Shown here: positions 19,534-29,162 of the stretch, piece after piece
How positions within the stretch are numbered: position 1 is the stretch's first letter
Layout of the letters: each line of letters starts with the position of its first letter
NCBI GenBank assembly: GCA_021372785.1
Contig: JAJFTT010000004.1
Span: 19,891 to 83,890, forward strand
Origin: Negativicutes bacterium
GTDB lineage: Bacteria; Bacillota; JAAYKD01
Direction: 5' to 3'
Length of the DNA: 64,000 nt
Made by a program: the position numbers and the translations under genes
Notes under the pieces: model-generated
The model's database searches: none
Told to the model about the DNA's origin: nothing
Seen by the model: only the letters and a program-made list of their open reading frames with translations

Positions 19534-20508
19534 TTATGATAGTTTCACATTCCAGCAGGCAAGACGTCTGCTGCCTGCTGCCTGCAAAGGCGGTTCCTCA
19601 CGGTAACACGGCTCGCTGGCTCTGGGGCAGCGCGGGCTGAAACGGCAGCCTTGCGGCAGATGTGCCGGATTTGGCACAACCCCTTCGATCACATGCAGTT
19701 TTTCGTTGCTTTGGCTTTGTAATTTTGGAATGGATTCCAAGAGGCCTGCCGTATAGGGATGCAGCGGATGATGGAAGATGCTGACCACATCGCCTTCCTC
19801 CACCACTTTACCGGCATACATCACGACAACACGTTCCGCCATTTCGGCCACCACACCCAAATCATGCGTAATCAGCAGTATCGCCATACCCAACTCGGAT
19901 TTTAATTTACGCAGCAGGTCCAGAATCTGCGCTTGAATGGTCACATCCAGGGCTGTCGTCGGTTCATCCGCAATCAGAAGTCGGGGATTGCAGGCTAACG
20001 CCATGGCAATCATCACCCGTTGGCGCATACCGCCGGAAAGCTGATGCGGAAACTCGGCGACCCGTTTTTCCGGCAGCGGAATGCCCACCAGGCGCAGCAT
20101 CTCGATCGATTTTTCCCAGGCCTGTGCTTTGCTCAGATGCTGATGCAATTCCAGGGCTTCCGAAATTTGAAAGCCAACCGAATAAACCGGGTTCAGAGAA
20201 GTCATCGGTTCCTGAAAAATCATGGAAATTTCATTGCCGCGGATTTTTTGCACTTCCTCGTCCGACATCTTCAGAATATCCCGATCATTAAACAGAATTT
20301 CGCCGCCTACAATTTTCCCTGGCGGCCAGGGGATCAGACGCATGACGGATAAACTGGTAACAGACTTGCCGCAGCCGGATTCCCCCACGACAGCCAGGGT
20401 TTCACCTTCGTTGATCTGAAAACTCACTCCATCGACCGCTTTTACTTCACCTTCACTGGTGTAAAAATAAGTACTTAAGTTTCTAATATCCAGTAACCGT
20501 TCCGCCAC
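19534..20508 (-). CDS. oppD: Peptide ABC transporter ATP-binding protein (OppD/AppD)
   Basis: [26 protein letters not shown] motifs. The real start is GTG at 20508; the track ORF runs upstream through two tRNAs. Confidence 0.92.
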   Translation of the reverse strand: MAERLLDIRNLSTYFYTSEGEVKAVDGVSFQINEGETLAVVGESGCGKSVTSLSVMRLIPWPPGKIVGGEILFNDRDILKMSDEEVQKIRGNEISMIFQEPMTSLNPVYSVGFQISEALELHQHLSKAQAWEKSIEMLRLVGIPLPEKRVAEFPHQLSGGMRQRVMIAMALACNPRLLIADEPTTALDVTIQAQILDLLRKLKSELGMAILLITHDLGVVAEMAERVVVMYAGKVVEEGDVVSIFHHPLHPYTAGLLESIPKLQSQSNEKLHVIEGVVPNPAHLPQGCRFSPRCPRASEPCYREEPPLQAAGSRRLACWNVKLS

Positions 20509-20598
20509 GCCTTTCCGCCTCCATAAGTATAAATTATCATGTATATTTATGCATTCACAATTAAGGAAATGGGCTCTGGTATTTGCCAGAGCCCCATC

Positions 20599-20683
20599 TG
20601 GTGTCGAGAGTGGGACTTGAACCCACACGGTGTTAACCATACGCCCCTCAAACGTACGCGTCTGCCAGTTCCGCCATCCCGAC
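20599..20683 (-). tRNA. tRNA-Leu(GAG)
   Basis: Anticodon arm TACGT-TTGAGGG-GCGTA; long variable arm; CCA end. Confidence 0.93.
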
Positions 20684-20686
20684 GTA

Positions 20687-20773
<87 letters not shown>

Positions 20774-20959
20774 ATTGATTGCAAAAGCGGGCTGCGATTG
20801 ATCCCGGCTTTTGATGGGTTCAATACTATCATACTTTGGTTGCCTTGTCCATATATTATTATGCAGGATAAAAGGGGATTCTGCTGCGGATAGAGCCTGA
20901 CCGTCCGCATGGCAGCCTTGGATTGAGCCGTTGACAGTTGCCGGCGCGCCGCCGATTAT

Positions 20960-23242
20960 TTATTTGTCTGCCGGTTCGCTTGTTTTTTTACTTGCTTTGG
21001 ACTTTGGCTCAGCTTGAGTAAAATCAAAAACGACTTTACCATTTTCTAAACGCAGATTCGCGGAAAATTTCTTTTTTTTGGCCGAGACGAAACCGCGCAG
21101 AATTCCGGTTTCTCCTTTACGCAGCAGTTTTTCAATTTGCTTGGCGGTCAGCTGTTTTCCGGCCACCGTTTTCCAAAGCGTAAAACCGCAGGGCGGCTGA
21201 CCTTTCCAATTCTGACAATAGTAGGCTTTGCTATTTTCCAGGATTTTAGCCTGACAGAGGGGACATTGCAGCTGCGGTAAGAGCTCCCGGGCTGCCTTGC
21301 GGCTGCCTTTGGCCGGGATACGTTCCGCTTTTTTCGCCGCGATCGCTGTGCTTCCTGACGCCATTTCTGTTTGTTCCGCTTTTTCTGCCGCCAGCTGCAG
21401 AAGAGGTACTTCCGCTTCCGCATTCATCATTTCTGCTCTCAGGCATTCGTCCACCGCAGCGGTGACAAACTGCTGCATTTCCGCCATAAAGGCTGCCGGT
21501 TGATAGCTGCCTTCCTGAATTTGCAGCAGTTTATATTCCCATTCTCCGGTCAGGTCGGCGGAACGCAAAGGGGCTACCGGCAGATGATGAATTAAAGCCA
21601 TGCCTTTACCGGTCGGCTTCAATTGCTTTTCCATTGCTGTGATGTAACGCATCTCTTTCAGGCGGTCAATAATGGCGGCGCGGGTGGCGGGGGTACCGAG
21701 ACCGTGATCTTTCATCGCTTCCTGATAAGCCTCTGATTCCAATTGTTTGCCGGCATGCTCCATCTCACCCAGCAAGGTTCCTTCTGTAAAACGCTTCGGC
21801 GGCTGCGTGATCCCTTCCGTGATCGAAGCGGAGATGACTCTGACTGTTTCCTGCGGCTGTAAATCCGCCAGGTCATTTTCTTTTTCCCAGGTTGTTTTTT
21901 CGGAATCCGCCACACTGCGCCAGCCCCTGACGAGTAAATTCCGGCTTTTACTGCGAAAAGTCTCTGCTTCCACTTGGGTGACGGCTTCTTTCTCCTGCCA
22001 AACCGCATCCGGAAAAAACATAGCGATGAAGCTTTGCTGGATGGCGCATAAGACTTTTTTTTCCTCCGCAGTCAAAGCTGTCCAATTGACTTTCGTTTCG
22101 GTCGGAATCAAAGCGTGATGATCGCGGACTTTTGCCTGATTGACGTATCTTCCGCTGACCGGCAGTTTTTGATGTTCCAGTTTTTTGAGGCTCTCGTCAT
22201 AACAGCCGCCGCTGATCGCGCTGAGCCGCTGAGCAAAACTGGGAATCAAATCGGGTGTCAAATAGCGGGAATCCGTTCTGGGATAAGTGATCAGTTTATG
22301 CCTTTCATAGAGGGTCTGCGCGATTTTCAGGGTTTTTGAGGCGGCATACCCATAATGCCGGTTCATCTCACGCTGCAGTGCCGTCAGATCATAGAGCATG
22401 GGAGCCGGTTCGTTTTTCTGATTGACTGCAAAGCTGAGCACGACACCTGTTTTGTCTTTGATTTGATCGGCGATGCGTTGAGCGGCAGCCGGATCAGGAA
22501 AACGGTTTTCTTTCAAGGAAAACCATTGACCCTGATAGGCGCCGCTTTTCGCCTGAAACCAGGCCGACAGTTGCCAGTATTTTTCCTGTTGGAATTGCGC
22601 AATCTCATCTTCCCGCTTGACCAGGATAGCCAGCGTTGGAGTTTGCACGCGTCCGACGGAAAATACTTCCCGCAGTCCCTGTTGGCGCTGACCGATCGTC
22701 ACGGCGCGGGAAATGTTCATCCCCACCAACCAATCCGCTTCGGAGCGGCAGCGCGCCGCCTGGTATAAATCGAAGTAGCGCTTTTCATTGCTGGCTTGCC
22801 GATCCACTTCTGCGAAACCCTGGCGGATGGCGGCGGCAGTCAGAGAAGAAATCCAAAGTCGCTTGATCGCTGTCCGGCAGCCCGCCATTGTAACGAGATA
22901 ACGAAAAATCAACTCCCCTTCCCGACCGGCATCACAGGCATTGACTAAAAGCTCCACAGTAGGATCACCGAGCAATTGCATGATTTTTTGATACTGGGTT
23001 TCCCTGCTGTTGGAGGGCTGCAATTGAAATGTCTCCGGGATCATCGGCAAGGTTTCGGCACGCCAACGCTTCCAGGCAGGGGTATAGACTTCCGGAGGAA
23101 CCAATTCCACCAAATGTCCGACAGACCAGGTCAGCCGCGTATCTTCTTTTTCAAAATAGCCCGCTTTTTTTTGAAATCCCCCCAGGGCTTTGGCAATATC
23201 GGCCGCCATCGCTGGTTTTTCGGCAATAATTAGTTTTTTCAT
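20960..23242 (-). CDS. topB: DNA topoisomerase III
   Basis: IAEKP, NACDAGREGELIF, GRVQTPT and ITYPRTDS (catalytic Tyr) motifs; C-terminal Zn ribbon plus CGFTLWK...GF repeat. Confidence 0.95.
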   Translation of the reverse strand: MKKLIIAEKPAMAADIAKALGGFQKKAGYFEKEDTRLTWSVGHLVELVPPEVYTPAWKRWRAETLPMIPETFQLQPSNSRETQYQKIMQLLGDPTVELLVNACDAGREGELIFRYLVTMAGCRTAIKRLWISSLTAAAIRQGFAEVDRQASNEKRYFDLYQAARCRSEADWLVGMNISRAVTIGQRQQGLREVFSVGRVQTPTLAILVKREDEIAQFQQEKYWQLSAWFQAKSGAYQGQWFSLKENRFPDPAAAQRIADQIKDKTGVVLSFAVNQKNEPAPMLYDLTALQREMNRHYGYAASKTLKIAQTLYERHKLITYPRTDSRYLTPDLIPSFAQRLSAISGGCYDESLKKLEHQKLPVSGRYVNQAKVRDHHALIPTETKVNWTALTAEEKKVLCAIQQSFIAMFFPDAVWQEKEAVTQVEAETFRSKSRNLLVRGWRSVADSEKTTWEKENDLADLQPQETVRVISASITEGITQPPKRFTEGTLLGEMEHAGKQLESEAYQEAMKDHGLGTPATRAAIIDRLKEMRYITAMEKQLKPTGKGMALIHHLPVAPLRSADLTGEWEYKLLQIQEGSYQPAAFMAEMQQFVTAAVDECLRAEMMNAEAEVPLLQLAAEKAEQTEMASGSTAIAAKKAERIPAKGSRKAARELLPQLQCPLCQAKILENSKAYYCQNWKGQPPCGFTLWKTVAGKQLTAKQIEKLLRKGETGILRGFVSAKKKKFSANLRLENGKVVFDFTQAEPKSKASKKTSEPADK

Positions 23243-23912
23243 TGGGTCTCCTTTGTTTGAAATAACTTTTTCACAGAATCCAGCGGAACTCTTTCAACCT
23301 GAACAAAATTCCAATTCTTTAATCTCTTCCTTGTCGGCTGACAGCTTCAAATTACTTGCCAAAGGCTGCTGCGCCTGCTTTGCGCAGAAGGAGAATCTCA
23401 CCGCAGTATCAGCAAACCGAGCGTCAGGTCCACAGGCCAACGGGCTTTGCTCTCTTTTTAAGTTCCGGATTGCAACTGTCTTTTCCTTGTTTTTTCATGA
23501 TGAAATTCAAAACCACTTTGTCTGTTGTAGAGTGGTAACGTTAAAATAACATACTTTTCCTCTTTTCGCTTTATTTTCTATCATAAACTTCTTCCTGCAT
23601 CCATGTAGGAAAGGATTGATTTTCCATTTAGACCGTGATAGAATAGGCACAGACCGAAATTCAAGATATTATGATTTTTTCCTGCGCTATTCTGTCTTTC
23701 TACCTGCTTCATAGAAAGAGCAGAAAGAGTTCGGTCCAAAAAATCATATCAACCAACCCAACGGCGGCTGACTTATTTTCCGTTGCGGCAGTATTGAACT
23801 CAGGCGACATAATACCCCAAAATATTATCTGCTTACCTCTTTATTTCTCGAATGAGTTGTGTTATACTAGCTCGTATGATAGTAACCGACAAAATCAAAA
23901 AAATCATGAAAG

Positions 23913-24860
23913 GTGAAAAATGAAATGAAAAGAACCTTTTATCTCGTGGATGATGATCCCAGCATTCGCCGTATCCTGCATAAGATTATTGAAGGCGATG
24001 AACTCGGCCGTGTGATCGGTCAGGCTGACGACGGCGAGAAAGCTGAAATTGAAGTAGCGAATTTAGATCCGGATGTTGTTTTAATCGACTTGCTGCTTCC
24101 CAACCAGGATGGCGTTCAAACCATTCAGCATTTGCACGAGAAGAATTACCAGGGTCAGTTTATTATGATTTCCCAAGTTTCCGAACAAACCTTGATCGGC
24201 CAGGCCTATGCCAGCGGGATTGAATTCTTTGTGCATAAACCTTTGAACAAAGTGGAAATCGTTTCTGTAATCAAATCCGTATTGGAAAAAATGCAGCTGC
24301 AGGAAGCGATTGCGACCATTCGCAGTTCCGTAACCAACCTGGAACCCACCGGCGATCCGAATGCTCCGAACCAAGCTGCCGCTAAAAACTCCACCTTTGA
24401 TATTGACCGCGCCCGCAAGGTATTGCTGCGCATCTTATCGGATTTGGGTGTTTTAGGCGAAGCGGGCTGCCGTGATATCATCACTATCATTCTCTTCTTA
24501 TTGGAAGATTATGAACCCGGCGAAGGCCTGATTCAATTGCATCATCTGCAGTCCGTTTACAAATCCGTACGGGAGCAGTATGAGAAGACTCAGGAAAAAG
24601 GTCCGTCTTATGATGAAAAAGCCATCGAGCAACGCGTTCGCCGCGCCGTCGGTGCCGCTTTACACAATGTTGCGGCTCTGGGAATTGAGGACTACGGTCA
24701 TCAACTATTCAACACCTATGCCAATCGCTTATTCGATTTCTCGGAAGTCCGCAACGAAATGCGTTATCTCCGTCAGGAATCGCCGTATCATGGTAAGATC
24801 AACGTGAAAAAATTCCTGGAAGCTTTGCTCATTGAAGTACAACAACAAGCCAAAGATTAA
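23913..24860 (+). CDS. glnL: Response regulator, YcbB/GlnL type
   Basis: Receiver domain (VDDD, IDLLLP, HKP); output domain with LSDLGVLGEAG, EQRVRR, ALGIEDY and KINVKKF. Confidence 0.8.
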   Translation: MKNEMKRTFYLVDDDPSIRRILHKIIEGDELGRVIGQADDGEKAEIEVANLDPDVVLIDLLLPNQDGVQTIQHLHEKNYQGQFIMISQVSEQTLIGQAYASGIEFFVHKPLNKVEIVSVIKSVLEKMQLQEAIATIRSSVTNLEPTGDPNAPNQAAAKNSTFDIDRARKVLLRILSDLGVLGEAGCRDIITIILFLLEDYEPGEGLIQLHHLQSVYKSVREQYEKTQEKGPSYDEKAIEQRVRRAVGAALHNVAALGIEDYGHQLFNTYANRLFDFSEVRNEMRYLRQESPYHGKINVKKFLEALLIEVQQQAKD

Positions 24861-24921
24861 TTGCGAACAAGAGCGAGCGTACTCGTAAGAGACGGCTCGC
24901 TCTGCTTTTTGAGGTGATGCC

Positions 24922-25656
24922 ATGTCTCGAACAGTCCTCGTCACCGGAGCATCCGGCGGTATTGGCGGCGCTATCGCCCGCGTGTTCGCTCAAAATGGCG
25001 ATTCGGTCATCCTGCAATATCATAGCCAAAGTATGGCCGCGCAAAATTTGGTTGCCCAGCTGCGTCTGTTCCATCCCCGCGTTTGGGCTCTGCCCGCTGA
25101 TTTGACCAAAGAAGATCAGGTGCAGACACTGTTTCAGCAGGCAGAAGAACTGGACGGTGCGGTGGACGTCCTGATCAACAATGCCGGCATTGCTTATTAC
25201 GGTTTATTGCAGGAGATGTCGCTGACACAATGGAACCAGCTGATGGCGGTCAATCTCACCGCAGCCTTCCTTTGCTGCCGCTCTGTGCTGCCGGCCATGA
25301 TCCGCCAGCAGGCGGGACAAATCATCAATATCTCTTCGATCTGGGGACTGTGCGGTGCTTCCTGCGAAGTTGCATATTCCGCAACCAAAGCTGCTTTAAT
25401 CGGCTTCAGCAAAGCTTTAGCCAAAGAAGCAGGCCCCAGCGGCATTCGTGTAAATTGTGTGGCTCCCGGCCTGATTGATACGACAATGAATGCACATCTG
25501 GATTCTGCAGCCAGACAATCTCTCCTGGATGATACGCCTCTGGCTAAAATCGGCACCCCATCTGATGTGGCTGAGCTGGTTTTTTTCCTGGCTTCGGAAA
25601 AAGCAAAATTTATTACCGGCCAGGTCATCAGCCCCAACGGCGGCTTTGTCATTTAG
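24922..25656 (+). CDS. Short-chain dehydrogenase/reductase (FabG/YmfI-like)
   Basis: TGASGGIG, NNAG and YSATK motifs. Confidence 0.92.
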   Translation: MSRTVLVTGASGGIGGAIARVFAQNGDSVILQYHSQSMAAQNLVAQLRLFHPRVWALPADLTKEDQVQTLFQQAEELDGAVDVLINNAGIAYYGLLQEMSLTQWNQLMAVNLTAAFLCCRSVLPAMIRQQAGQIINISSIWGLCGASCEVAYSATKAALIGFSKALAKEAGPSGIRVNCVAPGLIDTTMNAHLDSAARQSLLDDTPLAKIGTPSDVAELVFFLASEKAKFITGQVISPNGGFVI

Positions 25657-25667
25657 TATTTTATCTA

Positions 25668-27576
25668 ATCGGGAGGTCGGCTATCCATTCATTGGGTAGC
25701 CGACCTCCACAGCACCGTACGTACCGTTCGGTATACGGCGCTTCCTCAGTTTACACAATTGTCAACTTGTAACAGTCTGCAAAAGTAAAGTAACCGGCTC
25801 TTAGAAAGCGCTTGTTGGAGAGGGCGCGGCATAGGATTGGACTATGGGCTGTACGCCAATAGCCCTTTCTTGTATTTGCCCACATCCAAGCTAGCTCAGT
25901 CTTGATTCCAAGTCGAATCAATTGGGCATAACGTGTTCTCACTCGTTTCCATCGCTTCCGGGTGACCATCCTGATTCGGCTTCTTGTCCACTCATCCAGA
26001 GCTTCCAATCGTGCTTTCCTATCCGCTAGCTTGAAGTAGTTCACCCATCCCTTTATTCAGTAGTTGAGTTTCTTCTTGCGTTGGTCTATGCCCATCCCAT
26101 TGCTTCTTCCGGTTATTTCCCTAATTTTACCTTTCAATTTCTCAGTGCTTTTCTTATGCACACGCAAACGTCCCTCTCCCTTGTATAGGTAAAAGCGGTA
26201 TCCCAGGTATTTCACTCTTCCTGCATAGGCAACCTGTGTTTTCTCCCGGTTCACTTAGCAGCAGCAGTTTCTTTTCAATAAAGGGGATTAAGCTGTTCAG
26301 GACGCGCTCGGCGGCTCGTCGGCTTTTACAAAAGATTAGCATGTCATCCGCATAACGCACAAAGCGATGCCCTCTGCGTTCTAATTCTTTGTCGCATTCG
26401 TTGAGCATCATGTTTCCCAGTAATGGGCTAAGGGGACCTCCCTGAGGAACTCCTTCCGGACTTCCTTCCATCCGGCCTTCCACCATGATCCCTGCTCTTA
26501 AGAATTTGTGGATGAGTGAGATAACTCTGCCATCTTTTATGCTGTTCGAAAGGATTTGCACCAATTTGCTCTGGTTTACGGTGTCGAAATATTTCTCTAA
26601 ATCCAGGTCCACTACATAGTGATATCCATTGCTTCGGTTGTCTTGACACTTTCTCAGTGCATCATGGGCGCCTCGCTTCGGTCGAAAGCCATAACTGTTG
26701 TCCGAGAATTGTTTTTCGTAAATGGGTGTGAGCACCTGGCAGATTGCCTGTTGGATCAAGCGATCTACGACGGTGGGGATTCCGAGTTTCCTGGTCTTGC
26801 CGTTTCCTTTGGGTATTTCTACCCTGCGGACTGGTTTTAAGTTGGTATTTCCCTTCCCGAAGGGACTGCACGAGTTCCTCCCGATTTGCTTTCAAATAGC
26901 GGTATAGCGCCTCTACTTGCATTCCATCTACTCCGCTGGCGCCTTGATTGCGTTTCACTTGTTTGTAGGCGTGGTTCAGATTATCCGCTGTCAGGATTTG
27001 TTCCAGCAATCCATTTCCAGTTTGTTTTGTGTTGGTGATGTCCGTTTCTATCGTCCCCGGCAGCTGGCACGCTTCCGCATACTTTCCCCGTTCCGCGGTT
27101 CCCCTTTGCGGACAGCTTTCTTTTGCTTGTTTTCGGTGTTCTTTTGCGCTGCCTTTGGCAATTTCCATTGATCTTCACCTCCTAAGGTTCAGCCCTTCCT
27201 CTAAAAGGTTTTTTTCCCTTTCCACCTTCTTGAGTACTATGGCCTCGGCTGACTTCTCGCGATAAATCTTATTTCAACCGGATTTTCACCCGTCCGCGAG
27301 ATCTCCCACGGTAAGATGCGTTACTTTTCTCCCATATATCCGCCGTATTTACACCCTGGTATCCGGGTAGTGATTTGGATTTCGTCTTGTTTTGCAGACT
27401 CATCCTACTTTTTAGTGCCTGATACGGTTCGTGTTCCTCGGACCGGGAGTTTGCTCATCACGCTTCCTTCAGATTCCATCTCGCGATGGACACCCTTGCG
27501 CTTGGCTAATGGTTGGCTGCTACCTACCCCCATAGCGGACTTTCACCGCCTGGTTACGCACCATGCGTGGCGCAGC
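25668..27576 (-). mobile_element. Group II intron, bacterial class C (IIC)
   Basis: 5' region (G)CTGCGCCACGCATGG...GCAAGGGTGTCC...GGAATCTGAAGGAAGC typical of IIC; domain V at 25711-25742; domain VI and 3' end ...CCCGAT at 25668; sits immediately after an intrinsic terminator. Confidence 0.92.
25751..27168 (-). pseudogene. ltrA: Intron-encoded reverse transcriptase/maturase, broken into four frames
   Basis: RT motifs GVDG, KLGIPTVVDR, SYGFRP, DLEKYFD, GVPQGGPLSP, RYADD, KYLGY and maturase GWVNYF, with frame breaks near 26837, 26256 and 26055. No endonuclease domain. Confidence 0.9.
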
Positions 27577-27577
27577 A

Positions 27578-27622
27578 AAAACTGCTCATCAATTGGGATG
27601 TTTCCAATTGACGAGCAGTTTT
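27578..27622 (-). terminator. Intrinsic terminator of the kinase operon and target site of the intron
   Basis: AAAACTGCTCGTCAATTGG-loop-CCAATTGATGAGCAGTTTT; A/T tracts on both sides. Confidence 0.85.
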
Positions 27623-27641
27623 CCATTTTCTCTTTTCCGCG

Positions 27642-29162
27642 TTATGATGGCTTGTGCTCATTTTCGCCGGGGTTTGTTTTCTTTGCATCCGCTGTCCGGT
27701 GCGGCAGCTGATAATCCTTGGAAAAGGTTTTCAGGCTGCCTCCCTGCAGGCGCTCACTGTCCTCTTCTTCCGCTTTCTTTTTCAATGCTTCGGCGGCTGC
27801 CACTTGCTCGCTGTTCAAGACAATTTCAACGGCGTTTCTGGGCACCATTAAGGTAAATATGGTCAAACCCTTTTTGGAGGTGACGGAGATTTCTCCGCCC
27901 AAGCTTTTGGAAATGGACTGCACATGGGTTAAACCGATGCCGGTTGACTGCATACCGTCCCCCGAAAATTTCGTGGTATAACCCGGAGCAAAGATGATCT
28001 GCTGATCCATCTCTTCGATGCCGGGTCCGTCATCTGTAACCGTGATGAAGATATGCCAGCCAATCAGCGAAGAAGCGATTTGAATATGTCCCGGCGCTAT
28101 TTCATTGGCTTCAATCGCATTGGAAACCAGGTTATTCAAAATTGAGATAATCGAGTGATATTGCGCCGTTCGGAAATGATAATTCAGCTGACTGGTCAGC
28201 ACGATCTCTTTGCCGAGCCGTTTGGCATAGGAGTTGTTGGTCGAGCAGATAATTTCCACAATTTCTTCCAAAGACATATCGGCGCCCAGATTTTCTTCAC
28301 TGATCAGTTTATCGAGTCCGGCGACAATGCGCTGATAGTCTTTTTTGATTTCATGAATATCCTTGGCGATATCCAACGCCTCCAGGGTCAACTTATCGCC
28401 TCGTTCATATTCTTTTTGCTTATCCTGCAGCACTCGATAGAGCGCATAGGCTTTTCCCATTGTCTTTTCAATATCTCCGGCCGATTTGCGCAAGAAAAAT
28501 GCTTCCGCATGCAGACCATTGAGCAGCATAAGCAAATCTTCATATTTTGCCTTATCCTGAATCGCCCGTTCTTCCATTTGCCGACGCCGAATGATATAGA
28601 AAAAAGCGACGGTAATCGCCGTACGGAATACGGCGGCATAAACCATTTGCACAACGGTGGGAAAACCGGCATTGAGCGCTTCCTGCTCGCCGCGGACGAC
28701 CAATTCGATAAAAGTAGCCAGGAAATCAGCCAGAAACAGCCAGGTGGTAATGTAAGCCGGCTTTTCCACATTGTGCCGAACATCGGCACCGATCAGAATA
28801 ACCGCGTTGGTCAGATAGTAACAGAGTACCGGCCAGTTCAGTTTCAGCGCCATTTCCACGAGATCCGTATTTACTGCCATCGGGAACAGCTGGACTGCCT
28901 TGATCAGAATCACGGTCATGCCTGTAAAGAAACCGGTATTGAAAATATCCAGATCCTGCCAGAAGAGTAAGGCAAAACTAAAAGCGATGATACCTAAACC
29001 AAATTCCTGTGACCCACCCAGCTGGGAGGGTGTGAGTTTCATCTCTCCCAGGAACGCTGTACAAAACGCTACCGCCAGAATCCGCTTCCATGCTTCCCAT
29101 TTTTGCGGATTGGCTTCTTTGGACGATTCAATTTCTGCGTTTGGCGGCTCTATTTTCTCCAT
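27642..29162 (-). CDS. glnK: Sensor histidine kinase, YcbA/GlnK type
   Basis: N-terminal TM region (LGEMKLTP...FGLG); H box IHEIKKDYQRI; N box NNLVSNAIEA; G boxes DDGPG and TGIGL. Confidence 0.8.
   Translation of the reverse strand: MEKIEPPNAEIESSKEANPQKWEAWKRILAVAFCTAFLGEMKLTPSQLGGSQEFGLGIIAFSFALLFWQDLDIFNTGFFTGMTVILIKAVQLFPMAVNTDLVEMALKLNWPVLCYYLTNAVILIGADVRHNVEKPAYITTWLFLADFLATFIELVVRGEQEALNAGFPTVVQMVYAAVFRTAITVAFFYIIRRRQMEERAIQDKAKYEDLLMLLNGLHAEAFFLRKSAGDIEKTMGKAYALYRVLQDKQKEYERGDKLTLEALDIAKDIHEIKKDYQRIVAGLDKLISEENLGADMSLEEIVEIICSTNNSYAKRLGKEIVLTSQLNYHFRTAQYHSIISILNNLVSNAIEANEIAPGHIQIASSLIGWHIFITVTDDGPGIEEMDQQIIFAPGYTTKFSGDGMQSTGIGLTHVQSISKSLGGEISVTSKKGLTIFTLMVPRNAVEIVLNSEQVAAAEALKKKAEEEDSERLQGGSLKTFSKDYQLPHRTADAKKTNPGENEHKPS

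Noticed and set aside
20960-23242. topB as a marker of a conjugative element
   Set aside because: No relaxase, T4SS, ssb or integrase nearby, and the flanks are housekeeping genes.
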